Assembly: GCF_036321535.1 (NCBI RefSeq)
Contig: NC_087436.1
Coordinates: forward strand, 91,142,001 to 91,206,000
From: Camelus dromedarius
Taxonomy: Eukaryota
DNA length: 64,000 bases
Reading direction: 5' to 3'
Under the pieces are notes generated by a model, which did no database searches, was not told where the DNA came from, and saw only the letters and a program-made list of their open reading frames with translations. Both the position numbers and the translations under genes were made by a program. How positions within the stretch are numbered: position 1 is the stretch's first letter; every line of letters starts with the position of its first letter. Below, piece by piece: positions 26,055-39,893 of the stretch.

Positions 26055-26220
26055 AGAGATTAATTAACCTTTGTATGCTTCAGTTTTCTCAATTGTAAAA
26101 TGAGAATAATTGTAGTTATATCATAAAAATTATTGAGACTATGAAATAAGATAAAAGAGGCAAAGAGTATGACCCAGTATTGGACCATAGGAATGTTCAA
26201 TATGTGATTGTTAACTACTG
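26055..26220 (+). mobile_element. MIR SINE fragment
   Basis: 'ttaacctttgtatgcttcagttttctcaattgtaaaatgagaataat'. Confidence 0.75.
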
Positions 26221-27879
26221 TGATTGGCTTCATAATTAGCCAATATTTGCCACTAGGCATTAATCCAGAGTGATGTTGAGATCTATCAAACAAGAGAGCT
26301 ATAGTTATTAGCTTGAACACAATTTCTATATAATTTACAGAATAAAAAGAGATCATATTTTTTATTCTGAGTATTTAAGTATTTTAGGTATTTTATAGCA
26401 ATATCTCAAGAAAAAAAGAAAAAGGTTATATTAGAATTGGTGTAATATGTATAATAAGGGAGGAAATTGTGCAGTATATTTTAGGAAGTGTTTTTTGGAG
26501 GATGATTAAAATTAAGAAGGTTCTTCATTGGGAATACTAGTCATTTTATTGTACTATTAATAAATTAAGTGAAGCCCCTGGAGCAATTGAATATAAGGCT
26601 GAGAGAACTTGTAATAAAAGCCCCAGCATGCTGTGCTTTGGATTTTTTTGCTTTTTCTCTTATTGTCCTTTATGTCAGGCATTCAGTTGGTAATTATTTT
26701 TTCTTTCTGTTTCCTAAATGTTTTGCTCTATGACTTATTTCATTCCTTTGCTTTTTAAAAATATTCTGTAAGCTGGAAAACTGATAAAGAAAGTTATTCA
26801 ATTCTTTCTCTAATAAAGATGGCTAGAAGCTATTTTTTTTCTGCAGATTCTTGAGCGTATTTCTCTACACGGTTGAAATTGCTAGTACTGTGACCTCTAT
26901 CCGGTTGGTAAAATTATGTCCCTTAAAATGATTATTTTGGGGCAAACTAACGATAGCTCCCAAGCTACCACTTCAATATTATTTCTTCATTTCTGAATGT
27001 CCCTCTTAGCCCATCAGTTCCTTATGATTTTTTCAAGTGGGTGCCAACATGGCTACCACTGTGCCTCTTACAGCCAGACCACTTGAGTCAGCAGATGTCT
27101 TCCCACCCGTTAGAGGGTGTGGACCATTGTCCCAGCACAGCTCTATGCTGGGTGACAGTTCTGTCTTGGAGGAGCTGCTTGGTGTCTCCTTTGGATATAT
27201 AAAAATGTCATTTTCTTCTGTGTCAATCATTTTTCTTAGAAGAATCATAACGCCAAAAAGGATGGTTAGAAATCATCTATTCACATCTTTCTGAATTCAC
27301 AAATCTTCACACTCATTTCTTGACTATTAAATATATTAAATTCTGTCTGGCTATTTGGGGATATATCATTTGAGGGGATTGTTTTTGTTTGTTTGTTTTG
27401 TTAATAAATAATTCTAGTTAAATGCAGGATATACACCGGCTATAAATTATTAATTTTCAAAAAGCTCATAGAACAGGAATGTAAAGCAGTAATAAAACTT
27501 TGCTACAGAGATTTCTTTTCTATTTAATAAATATTAATATGTATTAATTCAAGATCATAATTTTAACACTTTATTATTATATTTAGAAATATGGATTAGC
27601 ATTTAGTCTGCCAAGTAAAATCACTTGTCCATGCTAGTTCTTTGCATACACTGTTTTATTTAATCTTTCATTGGCCATATGAGTTTGGTTTTATTATCCC
27701 CTGTAATGCAGATAATGAGGCCAAGGTTTGAGAATTTAACTTGTCCTTCCTGAAACCCCAGGGTATATATTTCCTACTTGACTGCACTGCTTCCAATGAT
27801 ACAGGGATAAAGAAAAATTGGAGAAGAGGTGAGGCCAGATTAACTCTTGAAATATGAGAATTTAATAGGTAGTGAGGAA

Positions 27880-28250
27880 GTAGGTAACAGACTAGAAATC
27901 TTAAAATTGTTTCAGTAGGTGATGAAGAATTATTGAAGGATTTGATCCAGGGGGATGAAATGTCATGATGAAAACAGTGAATTAAAAAAAATTAATGTGA
28001 TGACTCTATCAGGGTAACTGGAAAGAGGTAGTCTTTGAAGCATTAAAATGAATTAGGAGTTTATTATAGTGATTGAGATGATAATGATGAGAACCTTGAC
28101 TAAGTTAATAAAAGAGGATATTTTTTAAAGGCAGTATCTTCAGAACTTATTTGGGGGTGAAAGGAATGAATGAGAGAACGAAGATGCTGAAATTTGTGTT
28201 TTAAATAATTGAAAAAAATTGATAATATTAAAGTAAGGAAACAATGTAAA
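27880..28250 (-). mobile_element. L2 LINE fragment
   Basis: 'gtaggtgatgaagaattattgaaggattttgatccaggggg..ttaggagtttattatagtgattgagatgataatgatgag'. Confidence 0.6.
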
Positions 28251-28622
28251 GCAGTACTTTTTTGAGGAACAAAAAGTAACATATTCAGAGAATCATGGGG
28301 TGGTGGTTGGACAATACAATGGCTGTTTCTTGTGGACTATTAGACAGATGGAGCTGAACCCAAGGGTTGGCTGAGAATTAAGAAAAAAAATTAGTCATCT
28401 ATCTGCATTTAACATCCAAGATTTGTGTTCTCTTATTTATTTAGTTGTTATGCTTAATTCAAACATTTAAATACTCAACTTGAGTTCTTAAAATTAACCT
28501 GAGAACAGAAACATTTGTAAATACAATATGTAAATTTGAGGATAAAAATAATGTGGCAAGAAGCACAGATGGGATTCACTTGAATCACTTGAATTTCCTT
28601 CAAAAATTTTGCTTCAACTGGG

Positions 28623-28646
28623 TTTTTTTTTTTTTTTTTTTTTTTT
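28623..28646 (+). repeat. poly(T) tract
   Basis: Run of about 24 T. Confidence 0.9.
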
Positions 28647-30893
28647 GGTCAAAGCTGTCATTCCCATAGATATTTATGCTACTAAATCCTGTCTTAGATT
28701 TGATGTTATATAGATCATGTTTGAGTTAAGAGAAGAACCGTATCTTTCAGTGCATAAAATTATGCTTTGACGTTAACTCTCCAGACTATATTTAGTTCCT
28801 GAAAGACAACCATTATATACTCTTCATACTGTGCTGACTACCACAGATTTGTCCATTTTCTATTGTAATCTCAGAACCTCAGAACTGATATTCACTGTAT
28901 TTTCACCTCGTCATCCTTGGATGCTGTCCCAGGGTGGGAAGAAGAAGTAGGTACTGGACGAGTATGAAGAAAGCAGAAATATATCAATCTAGAGGAGACA
29001 TGATACATTTTTCTATTGGCTATAACTTTATAAAGAGATGAAAAATATAAGTTGATCTCAAAGCAGGGCTGTCAAAATAATCATGCCGGTCTTCTAACAT
29101 AGCCACCCATTTCTTCTACTCTTGCCTACTTCCCGCCAACCAAAACTTGTTAGAAGAGTGGCTCAGAGTATAAAGACATGCTTTGGAATGAGACAGACCA
29201 TGCTAATGAGATAAATCATACTATTGGTTGTTCTCTGGAGGAAACTGGGCAACTCTTCAAAGACTCATAGCCAGAGGGATGATTGATTAATTGATCCAGA
29301 AATTAGCATTGACCACCACTAAGAAACTTTTTGGTTTTTATCCTGGGTTAAGATAAAAATGAATAATATGTTTTTCACGGTATGTGAGGCTGTTTGAGTA
29401 GAGTTCCAGAGGAGAAAACAGAAGTATATTAGAAGAGTGACACTAACTATGACCACGCCCTATTCTACTCGTTCTTGATTTTAAAGACCTGGCTGAGGAG
29501 ATCTTTGACCCTTAAAAGGAACACATTTTTGCAACTGACTTTTTTTTTTTTTAATTAACCTGTGATCATGCGTGAGTGTTTTAAATCCTTTTTCTGCTGT
29601 GGTTTTGGTTGGAACAAAAGCTGGTATATATTTGGTCATTAATATTAGATCAAAGACAGTAGAAATCCAGACCTAAATTAAGAAGCTCATGAAATTTAGA
29701 TTTAGAAAAATAAAATTGCAGTTATCTACTTTGAACTGAAATTTCTTGAGGCTTTTCAAAGCAGCTTTGTGCTCAGAAACCCCAAATATTTTACTTCAAA
29801 CCCTGCCAAGTGAAGGTGAACTGTGATTATTATGAAACAAGAGAGGTATTTAGCACCTGAAATCTGACCTATATTCTTCTCAACATTTCAGGGAATGTTT
29901 AAAGTGAGATGACTTGACAAGCTTTATTACTTTTATGTGACTTCAAACATGAAATTAAACATAAAATGATAGAATCTTGACTGAGTGTGAGTTAGGGGAT
30001 TTTTTGAAATGCAAAACACGAGGATTTTATAAATCAGCTCCTTAATTTCTCTATCTCATTATCCCCCTGCTTATCTGTCAAATAGGCCAGCTTTTGAGGT
30101 CATTCAGTTTGTTTCCTCTTCTGGATTCTATCTCCTTGGACTTAAGGCAAAATTTCGGTCATACTCAAGGGCATGCTGGTAATCCAGGAGAAACTCTACA
30201 CAAGTTTACCCCATTAGTGTCCCATTAAAGAATGATGTATAGACTATAATATAGAAATGTTAAATGTCATACTGATTTGTCTTCTTGGCAAGGTCAGGTT
30301 CATGTAGATATTGTTGGTGTCACGGGCAACATTTTCTTCATAGGCGTTGGAAAATGGTATTTAAACATTTTTCTACTTAGGACCTTTATGTATGGAGGTA
30401 GGAACAAGACATGAAATATAACAAGAACACAGAGGAATTTAATGTCTAGATTTAAGGAAGCTGAATATTAGGAAAAAAAACCTTTTTATGACCTTCTAGG
30501 TAACAGTTTGAATATATGACATTTCAGAGGTGACCATTTCTTTGCAAACTGCAGATACCTTATATTGAAATGGAAACTACACATTTTTCGATGTCAATAA
30601 AATGCTTTCTATTTTAGAGCTTAACCAGTTGAATCTTTAAAGATATTGAACCTGTGAGATGAGAGTGGATCCTGATTTTGTAGGGACTGAATCCAGTGCA
30701 TTATGGGAGGCAAGCAGCTCTCTTGAAGGAATCCAAAATAAATTATGGTTACAAAAACTGGTACAAAAGTGAATGTATCTTTCACATGAGAAAATAAATG
30801 GCAATAAATTGCATGTTTGAAAAGGGTGACAAATGCTAGAAACATCTCGAAATCCATGGAAACAAAATACTTAAAAATTATTCATTGCTTATA

Positions 30894-31096
30894 GACATTA
30901 CTATATATAAAATAGATAAACAACAAGGACCTACTGTAGATCACAGGGAACTATGTTCAGTTTCTTGTAATGAGCCATAATGGAAAAGAATCTGAAAAAA
31001 GTATACATGTTTGTATATGTGTAACTGAATCGCTTTGCTGTACACATGAAAGTAACATTATTCATCGACAACACTTCAATAAAAAAATAAGATTTA
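30894..31096 (+). mobile_element. Short 5'-truncated L1 (3'UTR tip)
   Basis: 'atatataaaatagataaaacaacaaggacctactgtag..acttcaataaaaaaa'. Degenerate TSD at 30873-30893 and 31097-31117 (17/21 identical). Confidence 0.88.
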
Positions 31097-31164
31097 AAAA
31101 ATAATTAATTGCCTACAAAGTTTACCTTTTTCATTACATTTTATGGCTGCATACTCTTAGTGTC

Positions 31165-31557
31165 TGTTACGGGCTGAATTGTACTCCCCCCAAATTTGTA
31201 TATGGAGACCTGCACCCTCAGTATCTCAGAATGAAGATAGGGCCTTTAAGTTCAAATGAGACCTTGAGGGTGGGCCCTAATCCAATCTGACTGGTATCCT
31301 TTTAAGAAGAGGAGATTAGGACACACAAAGGGACACTAGGGACATGTGCTCACCGAGGAAAGGCCATGTGAAGACTCAGTGACAAGACCGCCATCTGCAA
31401 GGCAAGGAGAGAGGCCTGGGGAGAAACCAAACCAGCTGACACCCTGGTGTTGGACTTCTAATCTCCAGAACTGTGAGAAAATAAATGTATGTTGTTTCAG
31501 CCCCCCTCACCCCCCAATCTGTAGGATTTTGTTGTGGCAGCCCTAGCTGACTAATAG
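31165..31557 (+). mobile_element. MaLR solo LTR (MLT1B-like)
   Basis: 'tgttacgggctgaattgtactccccccaaa..gggtgggccctaatccaatctgactgg..gcagccctagctgactaata'. Confidence 0.9.
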
Positions 31558-32189
31558 AGGCCCCCCACCTGCCACCTACTAAAATGGTTTTGTAATATTT
31601 TCTATGGAAAAGATAGATACTTCAACTTTTCCTCTTGCATGAATGGTTGGAATATATTTTTTATTATTGGGATGCATCACACACAGATGTACTCACATTA
31701 TGATCAGCAAAGAGAGTAATTCTGATAAATTCCATTTTGCTCAACTCCAGCCCTGCCAAGATAGGCTTTGATGCTTTTATACAGGCTGCATTGTTGAGTA
31801 TCTTGACAAGCTAGGTCTTCAGTTTTACCCAGGTGTTGATAGATTTTCCATTTTCAATTTTGCATCCAAATGTTTGATAAATGAAAGAATTTCCCAAAGA
31901 TTAGCTTCTGGCTCCATTCATTTTCAATCTTATTTCTCCTTCACTGAACACATACTTTTAGTTGTGGGTGCCAAAGGACACAATTATGTCACAATGTAAT
32001 CTTAAGTCTGTGCCGTTGTGTTACAAAGTTGTTGTGCCGGTCGACAGTAGGAGTTTTCTTGGAAGCCTTTGTATGCTGAGATGGGTAATCTAATGGAAGC
32101 TACTTAAAATCATTACAGTATATGAGACAACATACATTCCTAATTCAAATTCCCCCGGCCAGATTCCTGAAGTGTTCACAGACACTTCA

Positions 32190-32365
32190 ATGTGACAGAA
32201 ATCAACATGGGGAAAGACAGCAATTAGAATCAATTACACTTAAAATATCGTTCGCAAATTTTATGAAACTCTCAGTGTAAATCCACTGCTAGGGTTCCTC
32301 CTAGGGCCTAGAGGGGAGCCTTGGAGCTTAATCTTTATTAGCTTCTGTGTAAGTTGGCTTCTGGG
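32190..32365. mobile_element. Possible hAT (Tip100-type) MITE remnant
   Basis: Internal fold-back 'ctagggttcctcctag-ggc-ctagaggggagccttgg' and an end 'gcttaatctttattagcttctgtgtaagttggcttctg'. Confidence 0.35.
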
Positions 32366-33169
32366 ACTCCAGAGATTTGCTGAAATTCACATAGTGGTTA
32401 ATAGTCTTTTTCTCTATGTAGTTTTCTTTCTTTTTTAATTTTCTAAAGTGTGGATTTGTGCATTTTTATTCTTTCTAATATATTTAAATGTCATTTGACA
32501 GTTTCAATTAAATAGTGATTAAATACTGATACTCTGTTAAGGACTCTAATGCCAAGAGGAAATAGAGTCTTGAAATGTTTGCAAGAATAGATTATTGTTC
32601 ATATTAATTACTCTGTTGAGCTAAGGTCTGTGCTTAAAAGAGAAAATAAGCATTTGAGGTTGAAAGGCTTAAATTCAGAGGTAATAAAGTGAAAAATCAA
32701 ATAGCAGCATGACTAAAATCTAAGAAGTGAAACTGTAACTTGCTGAATTATCCTGTATTTTGTTGCTGTTCTGCAGTTAAGTCTTTTTTGCTGTATATTC
32801 AAATGCCAGGTGTGCTTTACCTTTGTGAATTCAGTTTTTGCTCTAGAACATAGATTTTTGTTCTAAAATTTAGAATTTTTTTTTAAATGTGGGAGTTTGA
32901 AATAACTAGGGGAATCCTTGTTGGACTTCCTTATGCTTCTTCCTATATTCCAGTTTGTGGAAATTCTCTGCCCTTTGTACAAAATAATTTTGGGAGAGCT
33001 GTGCTGCTCTTGACAATGTTGAAAACAGATTCATTTATTCAACGTCACAATGATATTGCAGTTTTTGGAGGGAGCAGTGTAGGCATTTTGAAGCTTAGAG
33101 TGAATAATAGGAAACTGGAATAAGAGCAGATGCCTAAATAGAACAGTGATTGCTGCCGTTGGTTAAGAT

Positions 33170-33365
33170 TTAGTAGGCACTCTGTCCTGTGTGAAACATT
33201 GTATGAGTACTAACTCATTTACTCTTGAAAACAACTGCAATATACGCAACATTTCCTTCTCATTTTATAGATGAGGAGACCAAGGCTCAGAGAGCTGAAG
33301 TCACTTGCATAAACGTGGCTTAAACCCACAGGTGTCTGACTTGAAAGCCCAAATGCCCAACCTTT
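33170..33365 (-). mobile_element. MIR SINE
   Basis: 'cattttatagatgaggagaccaaggctcagagagctgaagtcacttgc'. Confidence 0.85.
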
Positions 33366-33747
33366 GACCTCGACTGCCCTTCCTTTGGCAGTGAGTCCGT
33401 GAAGGCTGCAGGAATCTGCACATCAGAGAAACACACTGAAGGAAAAAAAAAAAAAAAAGAAGAAGAAAAGAAAACTTCAGTCATTCCAGAGAGTTCTGAA
33501 GGATTCATGCTTCTGATATGGTGATTAGAGGAAAAGTACTGAAAGTATAAATTGTAAAGTCTTGTTTGAAAGCCCTCAGCACCAGGAGCCTACAGCATTT
33601 ATTTATCATACCAAACTGCATCTTAAGAAACTCACGATCAAAACAAAATCATGAGGTTTATCCATTGAACTAAAATAAAATAGCCATGTAGTGAATTCCC
33701 TTGAGATTGATTGAGCTTGCAGAATTAAAGGTGTTGAAAGAGCTACT

Positions 33748-35560
33748 TCTTTTTCTTTATTTTTGAAGTATAGTTGATGTACAATGTTATATTAGTTCAG
33801 ATGTGCAGCAGGGTGATTCAGTATTTTTATAGATTATACTCCATTTGAATTTATTACAAAATAATGGCTATAATTCCCTGTGTTGTACAGTACATTCTTA
33901 TTTGTTACCTATTTTACACATAGTAGTTTGTATCTCTTAATCCCCAACTGCTGTTTGTTCCCTCCCTTTCCCTTTCCCCCATGGTAACCACTAATTTGTA
34001 TTCTATATCTGTGAGTCTGTCTCTGTTTTCCTATGTGCATTTATTTGCTTTATTTTTCAGATTCTACATATAAGTGATATCATACAGAATTTGTCTTTCT
34101 CTGCCTGACTTATTTCTCTAAGCATAATGTTCTCAAGGTCCATCAACATTGCTGCAAATGGCAGAATTTCATTCTTTTTTATGGCTAACTTTCCATTGTG
34201 TGTATATATATATCTCTTCTTCAGCCATTTGTCTGGTGTGTTGCTTCCGTATCTTGGCTATCATAAATAGTGCTTCCATGAACACTGGAGGACATGTATC
34301 TTTTTGAATTAGTGCTTTTGTTTTTTTCTGGTTACATACCCAGCAGTGGAAACATATGGTAGTTCTATTTTTAATTTTTTGAGTAACGTCCATACTGTTT
34401 TCCATACTGGTTGCTCTAATTTACAGTCCCGCTAACAGTGTACCAGGGTTGCCTTTTATCCACATCCTCGCTAGCATTTGTTATTTGTGGCCTTTGTGAT
34501 GATAAGTATTTTGACAGGTGTGAGGTGATATATCATTGTGGTTTTTTATTTGCATTTCTCTAAGAATTAGTGATGTTGAGCATCTTTTCATGTGCCTGTT
34601 AGTCATCTGCATGTCTTCTTTGGAAAACATCTATTCAGGTCTTCTGTCCTATTTCTATTCAGTGTTTTTTTTTTTTTTTAATATCGAGTTGTATGAGCTG
34701 TTTATCTATTTTCAATATTAAGCCCTTGTTGAGCATATCATTTGAAAATATTTTTTCCCAGTTGCATAGGTTGTCCTTTCATTATGCTGATGGTTTCCTT
34801 TGTTGTGCAAAAAGCTTTTAAGTTTAATTAGGTCCCATTTGTTTATTTTTCTTTTATTTCTTTTGCCCTAGGAGACAGATCAAAAAAAAAAAATATTGCT
34901 ATGATTTATATGAAAGTGTTCTGCCTATGTTCTCTTCTTAGAGTTTTATGGTTTCAGGTCTTACATTTAGGTCTTTAAACCATTTTGAGTTTATTTTTGT
35001 ACATAGTGTGAGGAAATGTTCTAATCTCATTCTTTTATGTGTGGCTGTCCAATTTTCCCAGCACCACTGATTGAAGAGACTGTCTTTTCTCCATTGTGTA
35101 TTCTTGCCTCTTTTGTCATAGATTAATTGACCATAGGTGCATGGGTATTTGCTCTTTATATTTTTGGTAGAACTTCCCTGTGAAGCTGTCTGGTCCTAGA
35201 TTTTTGTTTGTTGGAAGTTTTTTTTTTTTTTTTTTTAATAAATTCAATTTCACTTCTAGTGATCGGTTTGTTCAAATTGTCTCTTTCTCCCTGATTCAGT
35301 CTTGGTGTGTTGCATGTTTCTAGAAATTTGTCATTTCTTCTATATTGTCCAATTTGTTGGCATAGAACTATTTCTAGTATTTTTCTCTTAGGATTTTTTG
35401 TACCTTTCTTGTATCAGTTGTTATTTTTCTTCTTTGTTTTTTTATTTTGTCTAGTGGGTTCTTTTTTCTTCATTATGATCCTGGCTAAAGGTTGATCAGT
35501 TTTGTTTTTCTTTTCAACAAACCAGCTCTTGGTCTCACTGGTCTTTTCTTTTTTATTTCT
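33748..35560 (-). mobile_element. L1 (laurasiatherian/artiodactyl-type) with internal deletion
   Basis: T-tail, 3'UTR and ORF2 C-terminus run to about 35150. The sequence then jumps to an upstream ORF2 segment ('ttggtagaacttccctgtgaagctgtctggtcct' = [11 protein letters not shown]). Confidence 0.9.
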
Positions 35561-35569
35561 TTTTCCAGA

Positions 35570-36570
35570 GTCCATCCCTTTCTGCCTTTTCTACCATCTT
35601 GCTCACATCCTCAGTCTCTCCCTATTTCACTGGCTCTTTTACCTCTCCCTGCATCCAAAGTAAAATTTCCACATTCAAACAAAATTTTTTCATTATTACT
35701 TCCATCTGAGTGGTCTCTCTTCACTGATGCTTCTCTTATTCCCTTCACTTGCAAAATCCAGTTGTCTGAATTATTTCACTAAGCAATTATTTTTAACTCT
35801 CCCACAATCTGGCTTCTTCCTTTTCAGTGTTTTATTGAAATTGTTCTCATCTAATAGAGAAATGAAATAACTTCCATGATGTGCCTGTAATGTTTGGTGG
35901 TATTGATCAGTTCCCCCCACCCTCCCCAAAACTCTCTCCATCTTTGGCTTCTGTGACATAGTTCTGTGTTGGTATCTTCATAGTGCCCAGAATTGCTGGT
36001 TCCTTTTCCTTCTCCTCTATACCAAAGGTATGAAGGCATTCTTGAAGGTTTTATCAAATCTCTTCTCTCATTTGTTTATTGACTTGAAACTAAATCCCAC
36101 CTGTTTACCATAGTGCCCAGGAATCTGCATGTTCTGATCCTGGCTTAGTTTCTAACGTCAACTCATGTTTCTCTTCTTTGGCATCAATATCCTTCCGTCA
36201 CTCTGGCCTTCCCTCAGTTTCAAGAACCATGTGTGTTCTTTCCTGCTGTGTGCTTAGTAAATGCTGCACCGCAGTCTTCACATGCTTGGCTCTTTCTTCA
36301 GGTGTCATTTCACATGACTACCTTATAGAGAAGAGGTCTGCCTTCTTCCTGCCTAGTGAAGTCAGCTGTAAAATAAGCTTGTACTAGATGTCCTCTAGAG
36401 TTTGTTCTGGGTCTTTAATTCTGTGATAGACATAAATGACCTAAGATGATAGAATTGAATGGCTGTTATAACAGCTATTAAGCCAAATACCTTCAGGTAT
36501 CCCCTTCATCAACTTTGTGTCCTCAACAGCTAGAATATAGTTGATACACAGTGGATGCTTAATGAATAAA
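35570..36570 (+). mobile_element. L2 LINE fragments
   Basis: Pyrimidine-rich L2 text such as 'ctctctccatctttggcttctgtgacatag', and the 3' tail 'agctagaatatagttgatacacagtggatgcttaatgaataaat'. Confidence 0.7.
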
Positions 36571-37529
36571 TCAGTTACCATTGTGTGACTTATGATAAGT
36601 CACCTCTCTTTGTTCTTCATCTTTCATGTTTATGCTTCAGTTTTGCTCTTTTATTTCTGAGGAGATGTGACATAAAGAATCTAATCCTTTCAGAACCAAA
36701 GGTAGCAAAGAGGACACATTAATTCAGACAAGTGTGTACCATTTTCTTGCATTTCTGATTTAAGGGACTGAAATAGTTGAATTTTTAAACTTAACTTCTC
36801 AGGAATAACTTTTAGGCATTAAGGAAAACAGATAAAGGACTTTGACCTCTGAAGGCATAAAGCTATATAAATTCTAGTTACTTACCTGACATATGTCATT
36901 TTAAAGATTTTCTTATGATTGTCTTTTAAAGTAAAATACATTTCTGAGTTTTATTGTTTGAAATCAAGAATAAATATTTCAGTTTTCTAACTGATTTTCC
37001 TATAGGAACAGACTGCAAAATGAATCCTTTGTATTAAAATATACATCTAAGCAAAAAGGATATTTAGGTTTTTTTTTAAAACATAGATTTAACTGTAATT
37101 CATTATGCTACATCTGCTTTGTAATTGCAGATGAATTAATTCTATTTGTTAGATACCATAATTGCAAAGAACTGTGCTTGAAAGAACAGTTCGAAATTCT
37201 TATAATGTTTTCTCACATAGTAAAAACATTTGCAGTATAATTTAGTTTTAACACATTACCAACAATAAATCCTAACTTCTTTTTTCTAAAGAATGATTTC
37301 ATTCTTTTTGTAAGAAAAAGATACAAACTCATTATTTAAAAAATAGGTAAGCAATACAGAAACATTCAAGAATAAACATTTTTAAAAGTTATTAAAATGT
37401 AACCACCCAGAAAATACTATTACCAATAATATGCAGGTGACATTCTAGTCATCTCTTTATATAAGACTTGAATTAACTTCATTTTGAGCCATGAGCATAA
37501 GTTCCTATTTATCAACTGATTGTTGTAGT

Positions 37530-37670
37530 CTGTGTATATATATTATGTTTATATGTGTATGTGTGAGTGTATACACCACGCACACATGCATATATAAATA
37601 AACTTTCTATATGCGTATAGATGAATGTGCATAAATATACGTATACTTATTTAAATGTGTGTATATAAAT
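37530..37670 (+). repeat. Degenerate (TG)/(CA)/(TA) low-complexity tract
   Basis: Alternating purine-pyrimidine text. Confidence 0.7.
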
Positions 37671-37869
37671 ATTAGGAAAATAGACTTTATTTGCTTCTTA
37701 TGGTCAAGATACTTGTCAATTAATAAAAGATAGTTTCACTAATTGCCATGGGATCTATAGAAGCACTATTGGTTCTTGATATTTTTGTGGTTCTCATTAT
37801 TATGTAAACTGATTCGTTTAGATTTATTATGCTCTCTTTATTTTATGTCCAGTTAATAGCAGTTCATAC

Positions 37870-38260
37870 TTTGGGTAACATGACTTGAAAAACTATTGCT
37901 TAAACAAATTCAGGGGTTATTTTTCATTTGTGTGAAAGGGTCTAGATGGAGGCAGCCTAGGAGTGTTATGGAGCCCCTGTACCGTCTGCAGAATTCAGAC
38001 CCTTCCTAGCTTTCTAATCCTCTCTCCTTAGAGGATTTACTTCTCAAGCTTGCAAATTGTCTGCTAGAGTTCAGCCAGCAGGCTTGTATTTCAAACTATA
38101 AGTAAAAGGAAGAAAAAGGGCAGAATGGGACATATCAGCTGATTGGTTCCTTTCTTTTGAGGAGCTTTCTTAAAACTCCTTCCAACAGTTTCCACTGCAT
38201 GGATTTGAAACGTGTCCTGAAGGCACTCCTGCTGCTAAGGAAGGTGATTCTCTTAGTGAG
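37870..38260 (-). mobile_element. Old MaLR LTR (MLT1J/K-like)
   Basis: 'gcttaaacaaattcaggggttattttt..ggtctagatggaggcagcctagg..ttgtctgctagagttcagcca'. Confidence 0.6.
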
Positions 38261-38556
38261 GAAGACGTGGAGAGAAGTTACAGCGTACGCAAGTGGCGGA
38301 CTCTGCCATAGATTTTTCCCCAGTAGGTTAGGGCAAACACAGATTGATTTTTTTTTTCTTAGGTGTTGAGCCAATCATTCTTTCTGTTTGTTTTGTTTCT
38401 TCAAAAGTTTCATGCTATGAGCAGATCCATAAAAATAAAAGTTGATGAGGTTGTTTTAGATTTTTGAGAACCAGTTTTGAGGATAAACAAAATGGCGAGT
38501 ATCTCTTTAAACTGAAGCATTTAAAAAACCTCCCTTGTGGTTCTTGAGGCAAACAC

Positions 38557-39030
38557 TGTAGTTAGATCACACAGCAGCCCTTTCCCTCTTCCTACTCCTT
38601 TTCCTGTCTTTTCTATAGAGTCTGGAAAGCTGAACACTCTCTTTCCCCACCTTTGTTGCTGGTAGGGTTGGAAAGCTCTCACAGTTCTGCCTACGAGACA
38701 TAGGAGGAGATCCTCTAGGAATGTGCCCAGGAAAGCTTTGCTTTCTCATTACAAGGGGAAAACCAAGGGGTGACATTGCTCCTTTCTCCCTCTTCTTGCC
38801 ATAAGCACACCTATGATGCCTGAGACCTGAGCAGCCACCTTGAGAGCGTGAAGGACCATACATGAAAGAAGAGCCTGGATAACCACAGAGCTGAGCCTTG
38901 ACATGATTGAGTCACTGCGCCAAGGCCTGCCTTGGAACCTAAATGCCTTATTGATATGAGGAAACGTTGGTCACTGTAAGGAAGATTTTCCATTATTTTC
39001 AACCAGGTAAACATCACCTAGTTGATGCAG
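38557..39030 (+). mobile_element. Old ERVL/MaLR-type solo LTR (MLT1J/LTR16-like)
   Basis: 'aaagctttgctttctcattacaagggg..gcagccaccttgagagcgtgaagg..aaacatcacctagttgatgca'. Confidence 0.55.
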
Positions 39031-39479
39031 TATCTCTTTCTTCACTGATTCAGGCTAAGGTTCTCTTGTCTTTGTTTTTGAGACTTTGGTTTGGTTTGGG
39101 GTTGTAGTCAGAAGCCTGCAGAGGGAATGTGTCATTTGTCCACACCATGCCCGCACCACATCAAGGTGTGAGCTTCAGTTACTGATTTGAGCTCCATGTG
39201 GTTTTATATTGTCAGACTGACTTGAGTTGGAAGCTGGGATTTAATCTTGAGGAATTACATTTAAAATAGGAATGATAATCACTACATCATGTTTTTTTTT
39301 TGTGACATTAAATACAACAATATGGGAATACATATTGCACAGACATTGGCTTTCTCTTGGGGTACTTAAAAAATAAAACAGGATTTTTTTTTTTTCCTTT
39401 CTGAGTGTAAGTTTTCTTTGAGACACATTATGATTTTTACACTAGGATCATGGAATTTGGAAGCTCAAAGAAGACAAGT

Positions 39480-39650
39480 TCTCAAATACCACTGCTGTGA
39501 ATTGTGACGTTGGGCTCATTATTTGATCTTTCTGAACCTCTCTTTCTTTGCCTGCATTGAAGGGCATCGTGCACTTATCCTCAGCTGAATGAGGTGATGC
39601 GTGTGAAAACTCCTAGTCCTTGCCCTGCTGTTGGACAATCAGTAGATTCT
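39480..39650 (+). mobile_element. MIR SINE fragment
   Basis: 'tgtgacgttgggctcattatttgatctttctgaacctc..aatgaggtgatgcgtgtgaaa'. Confidence 0.7.
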
Positions 39651-39837
39651 TCTGATTCATTTGAATTAGCTCCTTATACTTATGTGTTAGCGTGAATGCT
39701 CCATATTTTGAAATAAATAATTACTTTTGATACTTTCTAATGACTTAACAGAAAGGAAAGTAGTGACAATAAACTAAACACATCAAAAGATCGGGAAATA
39801 TTATGTTCTCTTGAACTCTGTATTATCATTGATCAAA

Positions 39838-39893
39838 ACCATGTGACACAACATTGTAAACTGACTATACTTCAATAAAAATATTAAAAAAAA
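39838..39893 (+). mobile_element. Tiny L1 3' terminus (camelid-type)
   Basis: 'tgacacaacattgtaaactgactatacttcaataaaaatattaaaaaaaa' is nearly the same as the 3' end of the L1 at 52939-52986. The start is uncertain. Confidence 0.7.
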
